A stretch of DNA of 24,781 nucleotides, from assembly GCA_043816185.1 (NCBI GenBank), contig JBDRIG010000065.1, positions 1 through 24,781 on the forward strand. Reading direction: 5' to 3'. The translations under genes were made by a program, and so were the position numbers. The notes under the pieces are model-generated. The model was not told the DNA's origin. It did not search any database and was given only the letters and a program-made list of their open reading frames with translations. Shown here piece after piece: positions 16,824 to 24,781 of this stretch (position 1 is the first letter of the stretch; each line of letters begins with the position of its first letter). The stretch comes from Elusimicrobiota bacterium (GTDB lineage Bacteria > Elusimicrobiota > UBA8919).

Positions 16824-16883
16824 TGTAGTGTTACATGTGCCATCGGGATGATAAGTGAGGCTTTCGTCGTTTCGTTCAGCCCC

Positions 16884-17069
16884 TGCTTGTCATTTCGAAC
16901 CGCAGTGAGAAATCCCCGCTGTTCCATCATTCCCTTTGCTTGTCATCTCGACTGAAAAGAGAGATCCTTCGGTCGCTACGCTCTCTCGGGATGACAGGCA
17001 TTGAACACGCTTCGCTTGTCATTTCGACTGGAAGGCGAGATCTCACTCTTGTTTCGACTGGAAGGCGAG
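16884..17069. repeat. Cluster of GCTTGTCAT(T/C)TCGA palindromic repeats
   Basis: Copies at 16884, 16937, 17014, 17048 plus inverted arm TCGGGATGACAGGCA at 16986-17000. Confidence 0.8.
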
Positions 17070-17156
17070 GTTCCTCACCGTGGATTATTTTAGCTTTTTA
17101 TGGTAAAATAGTGGGAACGATTCCATACTGCCAATCAAAAAAAGGTGATTGATTAA

Positions 17157-17987
17157 ATGTTAACAGGCAATAATTTTATAGAGCATTCTATTATGGGTGC
17201 CATATCTTTTTTTAAGGAATCTGTTTTTGCCGAACAATATGCTTTGAAGAAAGGGTTTTTGCAGTTGTTAGATTTAAGAATAAAAACAATAACTTTTTTG
17301 ATGTTCATCGTCCTAACAATTCTTGCAAAAAATGTCTGTGTCCTATTTTATCTATATACATTGTGTTTGTTGTTAGGATGTATTTCTAAAATCAATTTAT
17401 GGTTTTTTCTAAAACGAACATTGATATTTATTCCTTTATTCTCGATCTTTATTGCGATTCCCGCACTGTTTAGCATTTTTACACCAGGCGAAGCGATGCT
17501 TGCTTTAAACATATTCGGAATTAAATTTACAATTACTCATCAGGGATTTTTTGTGGCATCTTTACTCGTTGCGCGTGTAATAACATCAGTATCTTTTGTC
17601 GTTCTTTTAACTCTTACGACGAAGCATTTTGAATTGCTTAAGGTTTTGCGGATTTTCGGGATACCACAAATTTTCGTGATGACGATTGGCATGTGCTATA
17701 GATACATTTTTTTATTTGTGGAAATAATAGAAAATATTTATCTTGCTGTTAAAAGTCGCATTGGTTCAAAAATTCACTACAAAAAAGGACAGCATCTTGC
17801 TGCATGGAATATTGCTTCTCTTTGGCAACGGTCATATCAATTAAATGAAAATGTGTATAAAGCAATGCTTTCTAGGGGATATTGTGGAGAATCGGTTACG
17901 ATGGACGATTTCAAACTCAAAATAAAAGACCTGTTGTGGTTATTTTTGATCATACTAATTTCTATCGGTATAATATGGATAATCTAA
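17157..17987 (+). CDS. cbiQ: ECF transporter transmembrane T component (NikQ/CbiQ)
   Basis: LQLLDLRIK, LTTKHFELL, YRYIFLF, AMLSRGY motifs. Confidence 0.93.
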   Translation: MLTGNNFIEHSIMGAISFFKESVFAEQYALKKGFLQLLDLRIKTITFLMFIVLTILAKNVCVLFYLYTLCLLLGCISKINLWFFLKRTLIFIPLFSIFIAIPALFSIFTPGEAMLALNIFGIKFTITHQGFFVASLLVARVITSVSFVVLLTLTTKHFELLKVLRIFGIPQIFVMTIGMCYRYIFLFVEIIENIYLAVKSRIGSKIHYKKGQHLAAWNIASLWQRSYQLNENVYKAMLSRGYCGESVTMDDFKLKIKDLLWLFLIILISIGIIWII

Positions 17988-18787
17988 TTTTTGAATTAAA
18001 TGATGTACATTTTTCATACTTAAAAAAATTTCCTGCATTGTGCGGTATAGATATAAGTATCAAGCAGGGAGAAAAAATAGCTCTCATCGGTGCAAATGGT
18101 TCTGGAAAGTCCACGCTTTTGCATATACTCGATGGCCTCGTTTTTCCTGATAAAGGTGCTATTAAAGTTTTCGGCAAGGAATTCAAAGAAAAAGATTTTT
18201 ATAATGATGATTTCTCAAAAAACTTTAGAAAGAAAGTAGGATTAGTTTTTCAGAATCCAGACATACAATTATTTTGTCCGACGGTAAAAGAGGATATTAT
18301 TTTTGGTCCATTGCATCTCGGAGTTGAAAAAGAAGAAATTCAAAAACGATTAGATGAATTTGTAGAGTTATTAGGTATTGCAGATTTGTTAAATAGATCG
18401 CCACATCAGTTAAGTATAGGCGAAAAACGCAGGGTTGCAATTGCCTCAACTTTAATAATTCGTCCCGATGTTTTAATTCTCGATGAACCAACTGCTGGAT
18501 TAGATCCTTTGACGACAAGACATATTATTGATTTACTCTTACAAGAGAGTCGATCTGGTAAAACCATAATTACTTCAACCCATGATTTGCATATTGTTGA
18601 GGAAATATCGGATGTGGTTTATGTTTTTAATCGTGAAAAAAAAATAATCAAATTTGGTAAATCTGATGAAATTCTAAAAGACGAGCAATTACTTCGAGAC
18701 AATAATCTCATTCATATTCACAATCATATACATAAAAACAAAAGTCACACCCACCCACATTTGCACTTGGAACATCATGCCAAATAG
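17975..18787 (+). CDS. cbiO: ECF transporter ATPase (NikO/CbiO) with His-rich tail
   Basis: GANGSGKST, VFQNPD, LSIGEKRR, LDEPTAGLDP, THD; start moved to ATG 17975. Confidence 0.93.
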   Translation: MDNLIFELNDVHFSYLKKFPALCGIDISIKQGEKIALIGANGSGKSTLLHILDGLVFPDKGAIKVFGKEFKEKDFYNDDFSKNFRKKVGLVFQNPDIQLFCPTVKEDIIFGPLHLGVEKEEIQKRLDEFVELLGIADLLNRSPHQLSIGEKRRVAIASTLIIRPDVLILDEPTAGLDPLTTRHIIDLLLQESRSGKTIITSTHDLHIVEEISDVVYVFNREKKIIKFGKSDEILKDEQLLRDNNLIHIHNHIHKNKSHTHPHLHLEHHAK

Positions 18788-18816
18788 TTGACAATCATTT
18801 CTAAATTTAATAAAAT
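18788..18816 (+). promoter_or_regulatory. sigma70 promoter for ispA-dxs-tlyA
   Basis: TTGACA, 17 nt, TAAAAT. Confidence 0.7.
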
Positions 18817-18885
18817 CAAAATATCAAGAATTCAATTAAAATAGTGTATTATGACTAACGGTTTTTTATATTTTGTAATCAAAAA

Positions 18886-19746
18886 ATGAATATTAAATTG
18901 TATCTTAAAAAGAAAAAATCTATCGTAGGCGAAACATTGAAAAAATATTTTTTGAAAAATGCGGATGAGCCGAAAATTATAAATACTGCGATGAAATATA
19001 GCGTTTTTGCCAACGGAAAACGGTTGCGTCCAATCCTATGTCTTATTGCCTGTGACCTTTGCGATGGAGTTGAAAAAAATGTTCTTCCAACTGCCTGTGG
19101 GATTGAAATGTTACACACCTATTCGCTTATTCACGATGATTTGCCTTCCATGGATAACGACGATTATCGTCGAGGAGTATTAACATCACACAAAAAATTT
19201 GGTGAGGCGATTGCTATACTTGCCGGCGATGGACTTTTGACAAAAGCATTTGAAATTATTGATGCAAAGGTTGTAAAGGAAATTGCCGTTGCAGCAGGAA
19301 CTAAAGGAATGGTTGGTGGACAGGTGGCTGATATCGAAACCTCAAACTCTCGTCTCTCAGATCTCAATCCTCAATTGACTTTGGATTATATTCATAAACA
19401 TAAGACGGCAAAAATGATTGAGGTTTCATTAAAGGTTGGTGCTATATTGTCCAATGTTTCACAAAAAAAAATAAAGGCACTTTCGAATTATGGCATAAAA
19501 ATCGGCCTTGCATTTCAGATTGTTGATGATATTTTGGATATCATTGGCAACAAAAAAAAATTAGGAAAAACTGGTTCGGACATAAAAAACAAAAAATTAA
19601 CCTATCCATCAATTTATGGGATAGAAAAATCAAAAAGAAAAGCAGAATTATTGATTGAAAGTGCAAAAAATGATTTGAAAATTTTTGGTAAAAAAGCAGA
19701 TATACTTGAAGAATTAGCTGACTACATCATTAAGAGAGATTTTTGA
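18886..19746 (+). CDS. ispA: Polyprenyl (farnesyl/geranylgeranyl) diphosphate synthase
   Basis: GKRLRP, HDDLPSMDNDDYRRG, FQIVDDILD; adjacent to dxs. Confidence 0.92.
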   Translation: MNIKLYLKKKKSIVGETLKKYFLKNADEPKIINTAMKYSVFANGKRLRPILCLIACDLCDGVEKNVLPTACGIEMLHTYSLIHDDLPSMDNDDYRRGVLTSHKKFGEAIAILAGDGLLTKAFEIIDAKVVKEIAVAAGTKGMVGGQVADIETSNSRLSDLNPQLTLDYIHKHKTAKMIEVSLKVGAILSNVSQKKIKALSNYGIKIGLAFQIVDDILDIIGNKKKLGKTGSDIKNKKLTYPSIYGIEKSKRKAELLIESAKNDLKIFGKKADILEELADYIIKRDF

Positions 19747-19837
19747 AAAAACGATGATAAAAAAAAGATGGTAACGATATACCAAATGTCTTATCGTTGA
19801 TGTTGTATTTCTTGTCACATAATACCGTTTGCCCAGA

Positions 19838-20038
19838 TGTAGGACATGGCTTTAGTGGCTGTCCGACAACCTATTCCGCTTTACCGACGACACAGCGTCA
19901 GTAAAAAAATGATGTGTTGTTTGTTGCTATTAGTTGCCAAATACTGCTATATTTTACAAAAAATGACTGTTTTACGATTTGTCGGACAGCCTCTTTAGCT
20001 GTGCAATAATAATCGCAAATCTAAAGGTTTGTCCTACA
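19838..20038. repeat. GTAG-type REP doublet (REPIN-like) interrupted by a MITE
   Basis: After removing the insert: TGTAGGACATGGCTTTAGCTGTGC-N10-GCAAATCTAAAGGTTTGTCCTACA, arms 19/24 complementary. Confidence 0.75.
19855..19993. mobile_element. MITE, 139 bp, with TTTA target-site duplication
   Basis: TIRs GTGGCTGTCCGACAA / TTGTCGGACAGCCTC (14/15); TTTA at 19851-19854 and 19994-19997. Confidence 0.8.
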
Positions 20039-20073
20039 GGATATTTTTTCAACGGTCTCGTCGCATCAATTTT

Positions 20074-21936
20074 ATGAAAATACTTGATAAAATAAATAAT
20101 CCTCAGGATTTAAAAATTGTAAAAAAAGAACTTTTACCTGAACTTGCAAAAGAAATCCGGGATTTTATACTGTCAACTGTTTCAAATACAGGCGGACATT
20201 TGGCATCATCTTTAGGTACAGTAGAACTTACAATTGCTTTGCATTATGTTTTTGATGTGCCAACAGACAAGATTATTTGGGATGTAGGCCATCAGGGATA
20301 TGCCCATAAAATTCTTACAGGTCGTCGTGAAAAATTTACTACGCTTCGCCAAACGGACGGAATTAGTGGTTTTCCAAGAATTGCTGAATCAGAATATGAC
20401 GTATTCGGTACTGGACATTCATCGACTTCCATATCTTCTGCATTAGGCTTCGCTGTTTCTCGTGATTTGAATGGTGAAAATCATAAGGTTATTGCTGTTA
20501 TAGGTGATGGTGCTATGACTGGTGGTCTCGCCTACGAAGGGCTTCTTAATAGTGGCCATTTGGGATGTAATATTCTTGTGATTCTCAACGATAACGAGAT
20601 GTTTATTTCACATCGCGTTGGCGCTCTTGCAGCGTATCTTACAAAACTTTTAACTGGCGGGCTTTACAACAAACTTTACAAGAAGGTTGATAAATTTCTT
20701 TCTCGCATACATTTTTGGGGTTCGCAGATAATGCGAGTAGCGAAAAGATTTAGGGTGCTTCTTTTTCCTGGAATGCTTTTTGAAGAAATGGGTTTTACAT
20801 ATCTCGGACCCATTGATGGACATAATATCGACAAACTTGTAGAAATTTTATCAAACGTGAAAAATCTTAAAGGTCCAGTATTACTTCACATTTTAACAAA
20901 AAAAGGAAAGGGATATACGCATAGCGAAGATAAGCCAACAATGTTTCATGGTATCGGTAGATTTAATATAATTACAGGTAAACCGATTGTCGACACAAAG
21001 TTTCCAACATATACAAAAATTTTTTCACAAATGCTTGTAAATCTTGCTAAAAAAGATGAAAAAATAATTGCGATTACTGCGGCAATGGCGGACGGAGTTG
21101 GTCTTGTCGATTTTCAAAAAGAATTTCCAAAAAGATTTTTTGATGCGGGGATTGCCGAAGGTCACGCCGTAACTTTTGCAGCAGGGCTTGCAGCGTCTGG
21201 ATATAAACCTGTGGTTGCAATTTATTCAACATTTTTACAGAGAGCGATTGATGAAATAATCCATGATGTTTGTTTGCAGAAGCTTCCAGTCGTTTTTGCT
21301 ATTGACCGTGCTGGTATCGTTGGTGAAGATGGTGCTACACATCAAGGTGCGTTCGACTTATCGTATTTAAGAATGATTCCAAATATTGTGATAATGATTC
21401 CGTCCAATGAGAATGAACTCCAGAATATGTTGAAAACCGCATTGTCAATAAATCAACCAGTTGCTATTCGTTATCCTCGTGGCACCTGTGCAGGTGTCAA
21501 GTTGGAAAAAGATGCCAAAATTATTCCTATCGGTAAATCTGAAATCGTCAAAGATGGTAAAGATGTTTTTATTCTGGCGGTTGGAAATTTAGTTAGCGTA
21601 GTCAGCGATGTTGCACAGAAATTTCAATCTGAAAATATTTCCTGTGGCGTCGTCAATGTTCGTTTTGTAAAACCACTTGATATTGAATTAATAAAAAATA
21701 TTTCACAAAATGTAAAAAAAATAATTACCGTTGAAGAAAATGTGATTTCAGGTGGTTTTGGAAGTGCCGTTTGCGAACTATTAAAAGATAGTAATGTAGA
21801 AGTGAAAATTCATAATATTGGATTTCCTGATAAATTTGTTGAACATGGTAAGCAGAGTGAAATTAGGCAAAGATACGGATTTACGTCGGAAAAAATTTAT
21901 TCTGAAATAAAAGAATGGCTCAAAAAATTCGATTAG
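20074..21936 (+). CDS. dxs: 1-deoxy-D-xylulose-5-phosphate synthase
   Basis: GGHLASSLG, WDVGHQ, GDGAMTGG..NDN TPP motif, DRAGIVGEDGATHQG; start moved to ATG 20074. Confidence 0.97.
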   Translation: MKILDKINNPQDLKIVKKELLPELAKEIRDFILSTVSNTGGHLASSLGTVELTIALHYVFDVPTDKIIWDVGHQGYAHKILTGRREKFTTLRQTDGISGFPRIAESEYDVFGTGHSSTSISSALGFAVSRDLNGENHKVIAVIGDGAMTGGLAYEGLLNSGHLGCNILVILNDNEMFISHRVGALAAYLTKLLTGGLYNKLYKKVDKFLSRIHFWGSQIMRVAKRFRVLLFPGMLFEEMGFTYLGPIDGHNIDKLVEILSNVKNLKGPVLLHILTKKGKGYTHSEDKPTMFHGIGRFNIITGKPIVDTKFPTYTKIFSQMLVNLAKKDEKIIAITAAMADGVGLVDFQKEFPKRFFDAGIAEGHAVTFAAGLAASGYKPVVAIYSTFLQRAIDEIIHDVCLQKLPVVFAIDRAGIVGEDGATHQGAFDLSYLRMIPNIVIMIPSNENELQNMLKTALSINQPVAIRYPRGTCAGVKLEKDAKIIPIGKSEIVKDGKDVFILAVGNLVSVVSDVAQKFQSENISCGVVNVRFVKPLDIELIKNISQNVKKIITVEENVISGGFGSAVCELLKDSNVEVKIHNIGFPDKFVEHGKQSEIRQRYGFTSEKIYSEIKEWLKKFD

Positions 21937-22655
21937 ATATTTTGGCATTCAAAAGAGGGTTTGTTCCATCTCTCAATAAATTAGCAGCACTCATAATGGA
22001 AGGTAAGGTTACTGTCGACGGAAAAATTATTACCAAACCAGGTTTTGCTGTTTCAGAAACATCAGAAATTTTTATAAAAGAGTCGGATGAGTTTGTATCT
22101 CGTGGCGGAATTAAATTAAAAAAAGCACTTGAAGAATTTGCCATCTGCGTAAAAGATAAAATTTGTCTTGATGTTGGTGCTTCGACAGGTGGTTTTACCG
22201 ACTGTCTTCTTAAAAATGGAGTGAAAAAAGTTTATTGCGTGGATGTTGGATATGGTATTTTGGATTCAAAACTGCGTAACGATCCGCGCGTTGTTGTTAT
22301 TGAAAAAACAAATATTAGATATTTTGACAAAAAATATCTTAAAGATGAAATAGATTTAGCAGTTGTTGATGTTTCATTTATTTCTCTCGAAAAAGTTTTG
22401 CCGATTGTTGTGAAACTTGTAAAAAATAATGGAGAAATAATTGCGTTGGTCAAACCACAATTTGAAGCTCCGAAAGGTTCTACTCAAAAAGGCGTTGTAA
22501 AAGATGAAAAAATTTACAAGCAAACCATAGATAAAATTAAAAATTTTTCAGAAACAGTTGGATTGGTACTTCTCAACGAAATCCCCTCGCCCATAAAAGG
22601 CCCCAAAGGTAATCTCGAACATTTTCTGTATTTGAAAAAATCAAACGAGATATAA
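21915..22655 (+). CDS. tlyA: TlyA-family rRNA 2'-O-methyltransferase
   Basis: S4 domain, FVSRGGIKL, DVGASTGGFTD, DVSFISL, LVKPQFE, GPKGNLE. Confidence 0.94.
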   Translation: MAQKIRLDILAFKRGFVPSLNKLAALIMEGKVTVDGKIITKPGFAVSETSEIFIKESDEFVSRGGIKLKKALEEFAICVKDKICLDVGASTGGFTDCLLKNGVKKVYCVDVGYGILDSKLRNDPRVVVIEKTNIRYFDKKYLKDEIDLAVVDVSFISLEKVLPIVVKLVKNNGEIIALVKPQFEAPKGSTQKGVVKDEKIYKQTIDKIKNFSETVGLVLLNEIPSPIKGPKGNLEHFLYLKKSNEI

Positions 22656-22892
22656 TCAGAATAAATGTTGAAAAATAATATTTTTTGTGGAATGCAAACA
22701 TAGCTTTTTGTGAAAATGGGAGTCAATTTTGTCTTTAGAAAACGATAATTGGTGTCCACTGAAAAATCAAATTTCGTTCTGCTTCCATTAACTGTCCATA
22801 TGTTCTTTTCATATCTGCCTATTATAGCAGATTTTCAATCCAGCGTCAGCGGTGTTGCACTAACATATTGAACTTGTTTTGTTGATTTTTTA

Positions 22893-22921
22893 TTGCAATT
22901 TTTTCTGAAATTTTGTAGAAT
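22893..22921 (+). promoter_or_regulatory. sigma70 promoter of cysE, likely leaderless transcript
   Basis: TTGCAA, 17 nt, TAGAAT, then 6 nt to ATG; no SD. Confidence 0.6.
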
Positions 22922-22927
22922 TCCGCT

Positions 22928-23677
22928 ATGATTGTATTCAAGAAAGTTAAAGAAGATATTTCAATTATTTTTAGAAAAGACCCAGCGGTAAAAAATATTA
23001 TTGAAGTTATTTTGTGCTATCCAGGGCTTCACGCTCTATGGTATCATCGTATTGCTCATTGGTTTTATAAACACAAATGGTTCACAATTGCGAGGATAAT
23101 TTCTGAAATTTCAAGGCATATCACAGGTATTGAAATTCATCCAGGTGCAAAAATCGGTCGAAGATTTTTTATTGACCATGGAATGGGTGTTGTAATTGGA
23201 GAAACAGCTGAAATTGGTGATGATGTACTTATTTATCAGGGCGTTGTGCTCGGTGGAACATCATTAAAAAAAGAAAAGAGACATCCCACGATAGGAAACA
23301 ATGTGACAATCGGTACCGGTGTTGTAGTGCTCGGCTCCATAAAGATTGGTGATAATTCTCGCATCGGTGCTGGTTCTGTTGTTGTCTCTGATGTTCCGCC
23401 CAATTCAACTGCTTTTGGAATTCCCGCACGTGTTGGTGTTGGATTTTCACAAAAAGAAATTGAAATGCTTGAGCATGGAAAATTGCCCGATCCTGTGGCT
23501 GATGCCATAAGATTCATCGTGCGAGAGCAGGAAAAAATTGAAGAACGGCTCAAAAAAGTAGAAACACTTGATGGCATTACCGCCGAAATAGATAAATATC
23601 TTGAAATGAAAAAGAAAGAAATTGAAAAAGAATTTTTTACATCTGACGAAAAATATTCCGAAGGAAGTGGGATATAA
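22928..23677 (+). CDS. cysE: Serine O-acetyltransferase
   Basis: [39 protein letters not shown] hexapeptide repeats. Confidence 0.96.
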   Translation: MIVFKKVKEDISIIFRKDPAVKNIIEVILCYPGLHALWYHRIAHWFYKHKWFTIARIISEISRHITGIEIHPGAKIGRRFFIDHGMGVVIGETAEIGDDVLIYQGVVLGGTSLKKEKRHPTIGNNVTIGTGVVVLGSIKIGDNSRIGAGSVVVSDVPPNSTAFGIPARVGVGFSQKEIEMLEHGKLPDPVADAIRFIVREQEKIEERLKKVETLDGITAEIDKYLEMKKKEIEKEFFTSDEKYSEGSGI

Positions 23678-23766
23678 TAGAATGACAGAGGCGAGATACA
23701 ATAGAATGATGAATAATGTTTAAAGTGGGCATAGTATTGCCGTAGCGACTAAATATTATTAAATTT

Positions 23767-24621
23767 ATGTTTAAGATTATAGAAAAATCACAACCAGCGA
23801 CAAATGTTAATAGGTTTATAATTGAAACTCCAGATGTTGCGAAAAAAGCACTTCCAGGGCAGTTTGTAATTTTGCGTCTTCACGAAAAAGGAGAACGAAT
23901 TCCAATAACAATTGCTGATGCAGATAAAATCAAAAACACAATTACACTTTTTATTCAGGAAGTGGGAAAGACAACAATTGAAATGGGCAAACTTAAAACT
24001 GGTGATTATATTCTCGACATCGTAGGTCCACTTGGTGTTCCATCACATCAAGAGAATCTTGGAACTGTGGTATGTATTAGTGGTGGTGTTGGTGTTGCAG
24101 TTATGTACCCAGTTGCAAAGGCATTAAAAGAAAAAGGTAATAAAATCATCAGCATTCTTGGAGCCCGTTCAAAAAATTTTATCATTCTTGAAAATGAAAT
24201 GAAAAAAATTTCCGATGAATTTTATATTACGACCGACGATGGCTCTTATGGACAAAAGGGTTTTGTCTCGGATGTTTTGAAAAATTTGATTGCCCAATTA
24301 TCTAATTATCCAGTTGCTAATTTGGTCTATGCGATAGGTCCTGTACCGATGATGAAGATTGTTTCAGAAATTACGAAGCAACATAATTTAAAGACCATTG
24401 TCAGTTTAAATCCGATAATGGTCGACGGAACAGGCATGTGCGGTGCCTGTCGTGTGTCTATCGGAGATGTTACAAAATTTGCTTGCGTTGATGGCCCAGA
24501 TTTTGACGGTCATCTTGTAAATTGGCAAGAACTTGTAAATCGACTTTCTGTTTTTAAGAAAGAAGAAAAAAAATCGTTAGATTGTTATTGCAAAACCACA
24601 GGATGCGTTGAGAGAGTATAG
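23767..24621 (+). CDS. Sulfide/dihydroorotate dehydrogenase-like FAD/NAD-binding protein (NfnA/SudB-like)
   Basis: PGQFV, GERIPITI, GPLG, GGVGVA, MVDGTGMCGACRV..FACVDGPDF [2Fe-2S] motif. Confidence 0.92.
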   Translation: MFKIIEKSQPATNVNRFIIETPDVAKKALPGQFVILRLHEKGERIPITIADADKIKNTITLFIQEVGKTTIEMGKLKTGDYILDIVGPLGVPSHQENLGTVVCISGGVGVAVMYPVAKALKEKGNKIISILGARSKNFIILENEMKKISDEFYITTDDGSYGQKGFVSDVLKNLIAQLSNYPVANLVYAIGPVPMMKIVSEITKQHNLKTIVSLNPIMVDGTGMCGACRVSIGDVTKFACVDGPDFDGHLVNWQELVNRLSVFKKEEKKSLDCYCKTTGCVERV

Positions 24622-24781
24622 TGTATCATCACTTCATTACCTGTTAGCTAACGATACGTTGTAGAGTAATTCCTTTTGTGTCTTTTAAGTACTGCGATGG
24701 TGTTTTGTAATTTAATTTTTTGAGTCTTTTGTTTTGGTTGTAGTCGTCAACAAACTCCAAAAGTTTATTATTTAGATCAAA

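Noticed and set aside
16828..16854. Third NikR operator starting GTGTTAC
   Set aside because: Second half-site at the N13 spacing (ATGATAA) is too divergent
16884..17069. CRISPR array
   Set aside because: Repeats are degenerate, irregularly spaced and include an inverted copy; no cas genes in the window
16940..17152. 70-aa ORF MSSRLKREILRSLRSLGMT
   Set aside because: Translation of the palindromic repeat cluster; TTG start without RBS
9915..20073. Long N-terminal extensions of dapF, dapL, cupin, cbiO and dxs in the ORF track
   Set aside because: They overlap upstream genes or repeats; family similarity begins at the downstream ATGs used here
22656..22890. ncRNA, T-box or IS remnant between tlyA and cysE
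   Set aside because: Only a small ATCTGC/GCAGAT hairpin and an unpaired TIR-like GGTGTCCACTGAAAA; no T-box motif, and the cysE promoter lies downstream of it
649..23701. Other minus-strand and alternate-frame ORFs of 60-125 aa in the ORF track
   Set aside because: They overlap well-supported + strand genes and show no recognisable motifs; shadow ORFs

Overview
AT-rich bacterial chromosomal segment; every credible gene is on the + strand. The host is probably a diderm anaerobe (TolC, outer-membrane barrel, DapL, NfnA-like; inference). Gene order: hypothetical lipoprotein, argG-argH, TolC/patatin/TPR trio, a decayed restriction-modification islet (truncated MTase, PD-(D/E)xK nuclease-like gene, MutH/Sau3AI-like fragment with an internal TAG), lysA-dapF-dapL, MetE-like methyltransferase, ferredoxin, a nickel module (nikR, cupin, beta-barrel, NikMNQO-type ECF transporter), ispA-dxs-tlyA, cysE, nfnA-like. 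The unusual content is mostly small. Two related 117-139 bp MITEs are present, one inserted exactly into the loop of a GTAG-type REP hairpin with a 4-bp target duplication. Several palindromic and 7/8-nt periodic repeat families occur both between genes and in frame within proteins (DapF, IspA, NfnA, signal peptides). There are two matching candidate NikR boxes, a 20-codon ORF overlapped by an antisense terminator, a structured leader element shared by argG and nikM, and an apparently leaderless cysE. All calls are by eye; no database searches or folding were run.
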